Source: Malassezia furfur (Eukaryota). From it: a DNA stretch of 20,000 nucleotides. The stretch lies in assembly GCA_052055015.1 (NCBI GenBank), contig JBQJIT010000010.1, one strand, 5' to 3'. The notes under the pieces were generated by a model that did not search any database, was not told the origin of the DNA, and was given only the letters and a program-made list of their open reading frames with translations. Position numbers and translations under genes: made by a program. Shown here one piece after another: positions 1 through 10,015 of this stretch (within the stretch, counting starts at the first letter, position 1; each line of letters opens with the position of its first letter).

Positions 1-70
1 GTCGCGACCCCGGGCGCCTTCCTCTCTGCCATCACACCCCAGCGAGGCACTCGGACCGGATACAAACAAT

Positions 71-1577
71 ATGGTTAGCAGATAAACGCGGCGATGCGTT
101 CAGGATCCGGAACGACGGAAGTTGTGCCACTTGTCATGTGCGGCAACGCCATGCATCAATGACTGCATCTCTGGACTGCCGCGGAGCCATGGCGGCCTAG
201 CCACGTAGCGCCGCGCCGCGGAGGCGCCCTGCGTCGTGAACACGGGGCGTGCGGTGCGGCGGCTCGATGCGACACGGGTGCGACATGTCGACGAGCAGTG
301 GCCTGGAATAAGGTCCGACGATGCGCGCCGTCCACACCCCACTCGGTCGGACAGTCGGTGGGCCGTGGACGGCACCGATTTGCAAGGTGCGAGCTGTACG
401 TGCGTGGTGGGTGTGCCCGTACGACGGCGTCCGTACGGGAGGGGACGGTGCCTATGTGGCGCTGTGCCGTGTCGAGGCCCAGGCCGCGCCGTGGGCGGCC
501 TGTAGGCCCGTGCGATGCAAGAGCGTCGGACGGACGCGAGATGAGACATGGGTGGCCCTGCCTGAGGCGTAGGGTGGCGTACGAGAGCAGCAGCTGCGGG
601 CACCTGCTGGCGGAGGTCTGCCGTCCCGCGCCGTGTCTGCCCCTCCCCTGCCTCCCGGTGATGATCCGAGATGCAGTCATTGAGCGTGAGCCAGGGCCTG
701 TAGCGCCGATGCGCTGCGAGGAAGGTTCCTGGCTCGGCCCGTGCGATGCGGGCCGTGCATCGCGAGAGGCGATGGGATGCGCGTGTCGCTGGACAGAGCG
801 ACCGACGCCGGTCCTGACGTGGAGCCAGCGCGAATGTGTTGGAATGTGTACTTACCCCGCTATTTTTTTCGCTGACAGTCTACGAACCTTGACAAATGTA
901 CGTTGTGCCCACTGACGCAGCCCTTGACGACATCATCTCGACGAAGCGCAAGCAGACGCCCCGTCGCCCCGCGAAGCAGTCGAGCGCCAAGAAGAACAAG
1001 GGTGCCAAGGCTGCTGCGCTCGGTGGCTCGGCCGCTGCGGCTGTCAGCAACGCTAACCGCCAGCAGCCGCCGGTCGTGTTCCCGGGGCGCAACCAAAAGG
1101 GCCCGGGCAGCAAGGTGATTGTGAGCAACCTGCCCGTGGACGTCACCGAAGCGCAGGTCAAGGTACGTGCATCTGCTTATATGCCAGGAGCTCTTCTCGA
1201 CGACGATCGGCCCGCTGCGCCGTGCGCTGATGAGCTACAAGGCCAACGGCCAGTCGACCGGTGTGGTTACGGTCGAGTTCCAGCGCGCCGAGGATGCCAA
1301 CCGCGCGTATGCGCAGTACAACAACCGCCTGATCGACAGCAAGCGGCCGCTCAAGATTGAGGTCGTGGTCGACCCTGCCCGCGCGACGCCCGCGATCGCG
1401 GCCAAGCCCGCGGCCAACAAGGCGACCAAGAACAAGGCGGCCAAGAAGGGCGGTGCCAAGAAGGCTGCACCGCGCACGCCCAAGACCGTCGAGGACCTGG
1501 ATGCCGAGATGGAGGACTACGCAAAGCAGGGCGCGTCGGAGAATGCGCCGATGCAGGACGCCCAGCCGGCCGCGTAA
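71..1577 (+). CDS. YRA1: RNA-annealing / mRNA export adaptor, Yra1/Mlo3/ALYREF family. Proposed exons 71-73, 879-897, 921-1162, 1188-1577 (217 aa)
   Basis: The spliced product reads M-STNLDKSLDDIISTKRK (N-box, cf. yeast Yra1 MSANLDKSLDEII), then an RRM (KVIVSNLPVDVTEAQVKELF...GQSTGVVTVEFQRAEDANRAYAQYNNRLID..PLKIEVV) and a C-box KTVEDLDAEMEDY. GT-AG introns restore the frame. Exons 2-4 are well supported. Exon 1 (ATG at 71 in an A-rich context, ACAAACAAT-ATG-GTTAGC) is the only ATG-GT I found upstream and is less certain. Confidence 0.88.
74..878 (+). other. Predicted long first intron of YRA1 (805 nt)
   Basis: Donor GTTAGC directly follows the ATG. The 3' end TATTTTTTTC-GCTGAC-AG (U-tract, branch point, acceptor) joins in frame to TCT ACG AAC CTT GAC AAA. 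The acceptor is well supported. The donor is inferred. Confidence 0.65.
150..688 (+). repeat. Long-range inverted repeat / RNA stem: arms 150-186 and 652-688, perfect 16-bp core 156-171 with 668-683
   Basis: TCAATGACTGCATCTC (156-171) is the exact reverse complement of GAGATGCAGTCATTGA (668-683). It extends with bulges and G-U pairs to about 33 bp. Confidence 0.85.
898..920 (+). other. YRA1 intron 2 (23 nt)
   Basis: GTACGT...CACTGACGCAG. Removal gives LDK-S-LDDII, the conserved N-box. Confidence 0.9.
1163..1187 (+). other. YRA1 intron 3 (25 nt)
   Basis: GTACGT...GCCAG. Removal joins ORF 896..1360 to ORF 1167..1577 as QVK-ELF within the RRM. Confidence 0.9.
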
Positions 1578-1705
1578 ATAGAGTCGTCGACCGTAGTTTG
1601 CGATGCGACGCCGTGGGACGTGGCGAGGGGCCCGTGGGGCGGGGCGCGTGACGCTGCGCCCGCGTACCTGTGCCTCCACTTTCGCCGACCGACCGTGCGC
1701 TGGAC

Positions 1706-4700
1706 ATGGGCGAGCCGGGCAGGGGGCGACGTGCACCGCGCGCGGTGCCTGCCTCGCCGCTGTTCGTCGATGCCGAGTTTGCCAAGATGCGTGAAGCGGC
1801 GCCCAGTCCGCCCGGATCGAGCGAGGGCGTCGCGGCGCTGAACGCAGCGCTACTCCAGGCACAGATCTCGTCGCCGATCGTCTCGGCCTCGGCCTGGGAC
1901 GAGGGCGCGGAGCCGGACCGCGCGGGCACACGGCTCACCGAGCTCGTTGAGGAGCTGCACAGGTGCCCGCCGACCGACTATTCCGAGATGGTGCGTCGCC
2001 GACGCTGACCCAGCTCCGCATTACCACCGACGTACACCATGTGCTCATCGAGCACCGCGGCGCGGCGCGCGTCTACGAAGGATTTGGGCGCTACGGCGGG
2101 TTCCTTGTGGTGATGCAGGTACTCTCCTTTCTGCAGCTTGGTGCGGACGATGCGGCGCGCGTCATGCGGTCGCAGCTGCTGCTTCGAACGCTGACGCTGC
2201 TGTGCGATGCCATTACCTACAGCCGCACGAACCTCTTCTCGTTTGCACACATGCCCGGCTGGGATGGTTTTCTGCACTCGCTCGAGCTTGCGGCGGACGC
2301 GGGTGCTGCACAGACCACCGCGAGCCGCCTGGTCGCGCTGCTCTTTGGCCTTGCGACCGGCGACGTGGCGGGCGGTGCGCAGCACTTTGGCGTGGTATGG
2401 CGCGCGCTGCCCGACGTGCTTGCGCCCGATGCCACGGTCGCTGACGTGCGCATGCGCCTGCCACACTGGCGCACCCATGCCCTTGTGCATCCACGCGCCA
2501 TTGAGGGCGCGCTGCGCATCGCCGCGGCGGACGACGCCGTGCTGCTTGCGTCGTATGCGCTGCTCACCGACCTCACCGGCGCACCACGCAACGTAGTTGT
2601 GCTCGCGCGCTCGTCCTTGGTCTCACGCATGCTGCGTGCGTGGCTCGACGAGGGCGTGCCGGCGACGCCCACACGCACGCTCGTGCACGCGTGGCGTGCG
2701 CACCTGCTTGAGACGGTGCTGTGCGACGGGATTCGTTCCTCCGAGGATGTGCAGCTTGTGCTGCAAATGCTCACAAGCACGCCGCTCGACACACAGCTGC
2801 CGCTGCTGCACCTGCTACGCGGCGTCGCGCGCTCGGCGTACCGCCCAAGCGCGCTGACGTTTGCGCCGAGCACGTCGCCTGGTGGCGGCGGCGCCTACGT
2901 TGCGGCGCTGCGGCGCGCTTTTCCGCCAGAAGACGCGCGCTCGAGCGGCTACTCGCTGGCGGTCACGCTGCGTGTCGACCATGCAGACGGCGATGGGACG
3001 CTCGACCTCGTGACGATCGGCGACCGTGTGCGCCTCGCGCTCGACCTGCGCACGCTGCGCCTCGTGTATGCCACGGCGGCGCCCATGACGCTCGAGCGCG
3101 CACAACTGTTGCTGCACACGTGGCACCACGTCGTGCTCACGCACGCGCGCGCACCGGCGCACTCGCCGTCGACACTGCACGTGTACGTCGACGGCCAGCG
3201 TGTCGCGAGCGTGCAGGCAGTCTACCCTGCGACGCTCGCACGCGCGCCGCTGCTCGTCGGCTGTGCACCGAATCAGCCTGGTGTACGTGCGGCGCACCCC
3301 GCCTCGGCGACGTGGCTGCTGAGCTCGCTGCTGCTCCAGGACGGCGTGATGCCGTCGTCGGTGCCGCTGCTTCTCGCCCTGCTCCCGCCGCAGTACATGG
3401 GCAACCTGCAGGGCGCGCTCGCGCGCTTTCTGCCGTACGCGGCGCAGGCGCGCATGGAGCGCCGCCTCGCGCAGCTTGCCGCGGCCAACGCCCATGCACT
3501 AGGCCACGGCGAGACGCGTGCGTACGCGGCGCTGCACACGGCGCTGCACGATGCGGGCGCCGCCGTCTTCCCCCTGGCGCACGTGTACATCCACCTCGGC
3601 GCAGCACACACCCTGCGCACCGCGACGGGCGTGCTGCTGCTCGACAAGGCCATGCCGAGCGTCGATGCGGCGGTGCAGTCGCCCGGCGGGCACGCCCGCA
3701 TCCTGGGTGTGCCGACCATCACCGTGCCGCGCGACGTCGGCGACGCGGTGTGGTCCGCGGGCGGCGCTGTGGGCCTGCTGCAGCTCGTCGAGCGGGCCGA
3801 GTCGGGCGCGGCGCTCGAGGCATGCGTGCGCCTCTTCCTCGAGCTGGTGAGCCGCACGTGGCGTCTCGCGGCGGACGCCGAGCGCGCACGGGCGTACCAT
3901 GTGCTCGGGTTGCTGCTGCGCGACCGCGCAGCGCGGCTCACGCGCGGCACGCTTGACGCGTTGCTCGATGCGTGTGTTGTACGGGGTATGCTGTGCAACG
4001 TGCCGCTGTACCGTGCCGTGCTCCTCGACGCGTGTCTCTGGGCGCAGACGTCGCACGAAGTCCAGGATGCGTACCTCGCGCACTTCCGCACCGTGCTGCG
4101 CGGTGCGACGGGCGCCAGCAACGCACAACGCCTCGCCAAGTCGCCCGTCCTGCGCCACGTGCTGTACGTTGCGCGCCTCGCACCGCACCGCGCGGACGCA
4201 TTGCAGGCGCCGCTCGCCGACGCCGTGCACGTCGTTCTTCATGCGCTGGTCTCAGCCCGCTCGGTTCAAGCGCTCTTGTTGTTTGTGGTAGCTTACCTTG
4301 CACCCTGGACGCCGCCTGCACCGCTGCACGGCACCGCACGTACCGACGCCGACGAGGTGCGCAGCGTCGAATGCGCTGCCGTACAGGTGCCGCCCGCACA
4401 GCCGTCCCCGGACGCGCGCCTCGCACGCCTCGCACACGCGCTGCTGCTGCGCTTTGTGGACGTGTACGCGGGCGATGCGGGGCGCCTTGCACGTCTCGCG
4501 CGGTGGCCGTGCGCGCGGCGGCTCGTGCTGCTCGTGCGTCCCGGCATGGCGCCGGACGTCGCGGCGCCGGCACTCGCTCTCATCGCGCAGCTCCTCCCCC
4601 ATGCACGTTTCCGCGAGCAGTGGGATGCGCACGGCGGATTCCGTGTGCTGGAGCGCGCACTGCCGCCCATGTGGGATGCGCCCGACGTGCTGCCGGCGCT

Positions 4701-7700
4701 GTGGCACATGCTGCTCGGCGCACGCGAGCCGCGTGCATCGCTGTATGCGACGTATGCACCGCGCTTGCCGCCGGCGCCGCTTGCGTGCCCCGCGGCGCTG
4801 CGTGTGCTGCTGTTGTGCATCGCCGAGGGTCTCGCGCACGAGCGCACCGAGGTGCGCCACCGGCGCCGCTCGCTGCCGACCTCGCCACAGCAGGCCGCGG
4901 CGTCCGCTCGGCGCGTGCGCCTGCAGGAGTCGGTGCAGCTGCTCGTTGCGTACGCGCCGCACCCCGAAATGGCGCGTGGCCTGCTCGTCGCCCCGTCGCT
5001 GCTGTGCCTTCTGCACGCGCTCACACCGCTGCTCGCCATGGACGGCGCGCCACCCAGCGCGCTCGTCACGGTGCTGTGCACGGACCTGCTCGAGATGCTG
5101 GCGGCGCGCATCGCCGCGTCCATCACCGCGAGCGGCACCATCTCGCTGCTGACGAGTGCGCACCAGGCGATGCCTACGCCTGATCCCGTACTGCAGTCGC
5201 GGCTATGTGCACGGCTGTACACGCGCGTCGTGGCGCACGTCTTCCCCCTGCCAAGCGCGACGCGGCGTATGCTGTCGATGGGCGCCGCGCTGCTCAAACT
5301 CGCGACGAACGAGTCGATCGGGGATGTGCCGCTGCAGAACGAGCTGTTTGTTGCCGGCGCACACCTGCTGGACGCGGCCGCCGCGCACCCAGGCTACCTC
5401 ATGCCGCGCTCGGCGTCGCAGGCGGCCGCGGCGATGCAGCGCAATGTCCTGCATGCATTTGCAAGCACGCCCCTCGATGCACGTACGTCGCCGCCGTGCG
5501 TGTTCTGCGCGACGTACTGGGCGCACCTCGAGGCAGACACGCCGTTTGCGCAGTGCGTCGCGAACCGCACCGTTGCGCGCATCCGCACCGTGTGGGATGG
5601 GGACGCAGCCACCACGCTCGTCCTCCTCGCCGAGACGCACCCCGAGGTGGTGGCCGAGGGTGCCTTGATGGAGCTGGTTGATGCGCTGCGCCATGAGCAC
5701 TCTCTATCCCTGCCCATGCCGCCGTTCGCTGAGGTGTGGGCGGCCGCCGAAAGCGACCAGGCGCTCTTCCGCCGCGGACTGCACCTCGACCGTGTGGCGC
5801 AGCTGCATACCTCGCTGTTCAAGCCGAGTGCGCGTGCCCAAGGCATCCTAACGACACACGCGCGCCTCACTCAATGGCACGCGTCCGTTGCCGAGACGGA
5901 CCGCGTGCAGTTTGCGCGCTATGCCCAAGATCTGCGCGACGATGCGCACTACGTGCGCCAGGCGTGGCTGGACGCGAGCGAGGCGCTGGCGCTGCAGCGC
6001 GGCGCGCCGCACGACTGGCAGCTCGATCCCACCGAGGGCCCCGGGCGTGCGCGACTCAAGCTCTTCCCCGTGATGCCGAGTGATGCTGTGCCGACGGAGC
6101 GCAGTGCGGATGCGGCGCTTCCCAAGGAGCTTGCCGAGCTGGCGCCGGACGATGTGGGCGGGACGTCGGATGCGGCGCTCCTCGATGATGCCCAACTCGC
6201 TGCCGAGATCGAGGCGGGCACTGCGCCGCCCGAGGCTGCGCCGGCCGCCCCAGCGCCGGCCGGTGCGCCGCCAGGCGCCCCTGCACCCGAAGCGCCGCCC
6301 GTGCCGCTGCCTGACGACGCGGACGACACGTACCGCATCGTGTTGCGCTCGCTGCATCCCGGCGAAACCGCCGAGGCGCTCATCAACGCGTCGCGCGTGC
6401 TAGGCATCGAGACGCGGGGCTGCCTCGTGGTGGCGAGCGCGGAACACCTATATGTGCTGGACGACTACTTCCAGCGCCCCTCGGGCGAGATTGTGCATGT
6501 AGCCGATGTGCCGACCGCCGAGCGTGACGAGCTGATCGCGGCCGCGTTTGCGTCCGCACAGCCGTCGACCACACCGCTCGAGCACGCCGCGGTGCTGTGC
6601 TGGGCCTGGGACGCCCTCACGCTGTGCCTCCGCCGCGCATGGCTGCACCGCCGCACGGCGCTCGAGCTGTTCTTTGCGGACGGGCGCAGCTGTCTGCTCG
6701 TGTTGGCCGACGCCGCCCACGTCGAGCAGGTGCTCACGCTCGTGCGCGCCAAGGCGCGGCGGGCGCTCACCGAGGCAGAGCGCATGATCGACGGCCTGCG
6801 CGAGCCGCCCAGCGTCCCGCATGCCGCGCAGCGCCTCCCCGGTGTGCTCCGCCGAACGCACGCTGTGGCGCCAACGACGCGGGCGTGGCAGGAGGGCCGC
6901 CTATCGAACGCGGCCTACCTTATGGCGCTCAACACGCTCGCGGGCCGCACGATGAACGACCTCACCCAGTTCCCCGTGTTCCCGTGGGTCATCGCCGACT
7001 ACACGAGTGGCACGCTCGACCTCGACACCGCCACGACTTTCCGCGACCTCGCGCGGCCCATGGGTGCGCAGACCGAGGCGCGGCGAACGGACAGCGCCGA
7101 GCGCTACCAGCAGCTGGTCGAGGTCAACATGGACCCGTTCCACTACGGCACGCACTACTCGACGGCCGCGAGTGTGTGCGGCTTCCTGGTGCGCCTGCGC
7201 CCCTTTGCGCACTGGCTCATCGAGCTGCAGGGCGGCAGCTTCGACCTTGCCGACCGCATGTTTGCCTCGGTCGGCCGCGCGTTCCACTCGGCCTCGGCGC
7301 AGGCGCGCGGCGACGTGCGTGAGTTGATCCCCGAGTTCTTCTTCCTCCCCGAGCTCTTTGTCAACACGAACCACTTTGCGCTCGGCCGCACGCAGGCCGG
7401 CTCGGCGATCGGCGACGTGGAGCTGCCGCCGTGGGCGCACGACGACCCGTGGCTGTTTGTGCAGCTGCACCGCGAGGCCCTAGAGTCGCCGTACGTCAGT
7501 GCGCACCTCCACGCATGGATCGACCTCGTGTTTGGGTACAAGGCGCGAGGCCAGGCGGCCGTCGACGCCCTCAACGTGTTCCACCCGCTGTCGTACGCAG
7601 ACAGTGTGGACGTCGCGCGCATCGACTCGCCGCTCGAGCGCGAGGCGGCTGCCCAGGTCATCCACAACTTTGGGCAGACTCCGCGCGCGCTGTTTGCACG

Positions 7701-8826
7701 CCCGCATCCGCCCCGCGACGTGCGCACGGTCGACGACCTTGCGCGCACGCCGCACCTGCTCGTCCCGGCACGCGGACCTGCCGCGCAGCTCGGCGCACCG
7801 GTGCACGCGCTCGGCGGCACGCCCACGGCCGTACGTGCCGCGCGGCGCGGCGAGGCACTGTTCCCTGGCGCCCTGCTCACGTACGGCCACCTCGACGGCT
7901 CCATGCACGTCGTCCCCACGCAAACGCCGCACACGCCGCACGTCACCGAGCAGGCGGCGCCCGCCCGCATCACGGCCGTCGCCATCGTCGGCACGACGCA
8001 CGTCGTCGTCGGCGCCGAGGACGGCACGGTGCAGCTCTTTGGGCTGCACACCACGCGGTCCGAGCTCGAGCCGTGCACAGTCTGGTCGGGCCATGCGGCG
8101 GCGGTCGTGTGTGCGGCCGCGAGTGCGACGTGGCGCATCGCCGTGACGGGCGCGGCGGACCATACGGCGATCGTGTGGGACGTGACGCGCCAGCGGTACA
8201 TCCGCACGCTCCGTGGGCATGCCCAGCCGCTGGCGCACGTTGCGATCGACGACGAGCGCGGCTACATTGCAACGGCGGCGGGCGACGAGGTGTGCGTGTA
8301 CTCGATCAACGGCCATCTCCTCGCACGGCAGAGCACACGCGCGGCGACACGCCGGCCCCTGAGTGCGCTCGCGTTCTGTGCGCGTGACTTTCACGTCGGC
8401 GGCCTCGCTGTGCTCGTTACGGGGCACGCGGGGCAGCTGCTCGTGTGGCGCGTCGCATCGAACCACGAGGCGACGCCGAGCGACGCGCCGCGCTGGCGTC
8501 TAGCGTTGCAGGCGACGCTCGACGCGCCCAGCCAGGCGCCCATCACCGCCGTGCACGTCGCCACGCTCGACACGCTGTGCACCGGCGACGAGGCCGGCGA
8601 CGTGTATACGTGGTCGCTGCCCGGCGCCGCGGTGACACCGCCGCGGCTGCCCGAGGGCGTGTGCATGAACGCCGCGTGCCAAAAACGCTTTGGCTTTCTC
8701 GAGCTGAAGCGCACCTGTGGCGCGTGCGGCGGCGTGTTTTGCGGCGCGTGCACGGTGCCTTACAAGGATACCCGCCTCTGTACATACTGCGCGGCGACGC
8801 TGAGTGCGCGGGGCCTTGAGCTGTAG
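1706..8826 (+). CDS. BEACH-domain protein (Beige/Bph1/Lvs/WDFY3-like): ConA-like lectin, PH, BEACH, WD40 repeats, C-terminal FYVE-like finger. Exons 1706-1990 and 2014-8826 (~2365 aa)
   Basis: BEACH motifs WQEGRLSNAAYLMALNTLAGRTMNDLTQFPVFPWVIADY, HYGTHYS, DVRELIPEFF, VELPPWA, WIDLVFGYK and FGQTP (~6874-7716). PH motif RRAWLHRRTALELFF. ConA-like WHHVVLTH...YVDG. WD40 GH...WD repeats. Eight-Cys finger at 8662-8790. The start could instead be the ATG at 1787. Confidence 0.92.
1991..2013 (+). other. BEACH gene intron (23 nt)
   Basis: GTGCGT...GCTGACCCAG. Joins ORF 1670..2008 to ORF 1963..8826 in frame (YSEM-LRIT). Confidence 0.8.
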
Positions 8827-8892
8827 CCGCGCAGCGGCTCCTTCATAGTCGGGATATACAGGGTGCGTCTGCGTCTCTACTCTACATCACGC

Positions 8893-9978
8893 CTAGGCGG
8901 CGTCGCCGGTCGGTGCCGACTCGGCAATCTTTTGTTTGAGGTTGGCAATGATCGACAGGTAGGCCTCGCTTGCCGGACTGTCGGGGTGCTCATCGACAAA
9001 GCTCTCGCCGAGGTCGCAGCACTTGGCGATGCGCGGGTCGAGCGGCACGCTGCCGAGGAACGGCAGGTCCAGTTCTTTGCACAGCGCCGCGGCGCCGCCC
9101 GTCGACGGGTAAAAGATGTCGGAGCGTCCATGGCACGCCGGGCACACAAAGCCGGCCATGTTCTCGACCACGCCGAGGATCGGCACGTTCATTTTGCGGC
9201 AGAAAGAGATCTCTTTGCGCACGTCCTGCAGCGACACCTCCTGCGGCGTCGTGATGAGCACCGCGCCGTTGATGCCCGATTCGCGCAGGAAGCCGACGAT
9301 CGACAGGTGCTCGTCCGACGTGCCGGGCGGCGTGTCGACGAGCAGGTAGTCGATCACGGTCTTGGGCGCGTCCGGCCCGAGCTCGTCGGCGAGGCCGCCG
9401 GACCAGTCGACATCCTTGAGGAACTGCTTGATCAGCCCGTTCTTCTTCGGCCCGCGCCAGATGATGGCGCTGTCGGTCGAGGGCAGAAGGAATTCGATCG
9501 ACATGCACGCGAGGTTGTCCGAGACGTAGACGGGCGACCACCCCGACGAAGACGCGTGGATCAGCTGGTTGCGCAGGCCCAAAATCGTCGGGATCGACGG
9601 GCCGCACACGTCAATGTCCATCACGGCGGTCTGCGTCGCCTCGTCGCACGCAAACGCCCAGGCGAGCTGCGCGGTAAAGGTGCTCTTGCCGACGCCGCCC
9701 TTGCCGCTGAGGATGAGCACCTTGTTCTTCACGCATGCCATCCGCTCGCGGATCAGCGGCAGATCGGGGTCCGGGCCCTTGGGCGCCGTCTGGCACGCAT
9801 TCTGGTTAGGGCAGCCCTGGCAGGCGTCGGCCTTGCCGGCCTGTTCGGATTCCACACCCGGGCAGTGCTCCGGCGCGTTCTCCGGCACCTGGTCCGGGAG
9901 CGCACGCGCGATCGCCTCGGGCGGCTCAACACGCGTTATGGGCGCGAGCGGCACCGGTGGCGCACGCACATCGACCAT
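8893..9978 (-). CDS. NBP35: Cytosolic Fe-S cluster assembly scaffold NBP35/NUBP1 (361 aa, no intron seen)
   Basis: N-terminal ferredoxin-like Cys motif PEHCPG...[11 protein letters not shown], which distinguishes it from Cfd1. Also deviant Walker [40 protein letters not shown] and [11 protein letters not shown]. Start at ATG 9978 (MVDVRAP). Confidence 0.95.
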   Translation of the reverse strand: MVDVRAPPVPLAPITRVEPPEAIARALPDQVPENAPEHCPGVESEQAGKADACQGCPNQNACQTAPKGPDPDLPLIRERMACVKNKVLILSGKGGVGKSTFTAQLAWAFACDEATQTAVMDIDVCGPSIPTILGLRNQLIHASSSGWSPVYVSDNLACMSIEFLLPSTDSAIIWRGPKKNGLIKQFLKDVDWSGGLADELGPDAPKTVIDYLLVDTPPGTSDEHLSIVGFLRESGINGAVLITTPQEVSLQDVRKEISFCRKMNVPILGVVENMAGFVCPACHGRSDIFYPSTGGAAALCKELDLPFLGSVPLDPRIAKCCDLGESFVDEHPDSPASEAYLSIIANLKQKIAESAPTGDAA

Positions 9979-10015
9979 GGTAGCAATCCAACAACGATCG
10001 CGCCATCGCGCTGAC

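Noticed and set aside
834..878. Alternative YRA1 start (ATG 834, intron 846-878)
   Set aside because: Donor GTGTAC is a poor match and MCWN is an atypical N-terminus. Disfavoured but not excluded without transcript data.
74..878. Known snRNA, U3, SRP, RNase P/MRP or telomerase RNA inside the long intron
   Set aside because: I could not find their hallmark motifs beyond isolated short matches (TACTTACC, GAGCGTGA). An Rfam scan is needed for certainty.
100..915. Several 60-205 aa ORFs upstream of the YRA1 coding exons
   Set aside because: Arg/Pro/Cys-rich translations typical of non-coding GC-rich DNA, with no motifs. Better explained as intron.
1947..8819. Many overlapping ORFs within the BEACH gene
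   Set aside because: Off-frame or antisense artefacts of high GC content.
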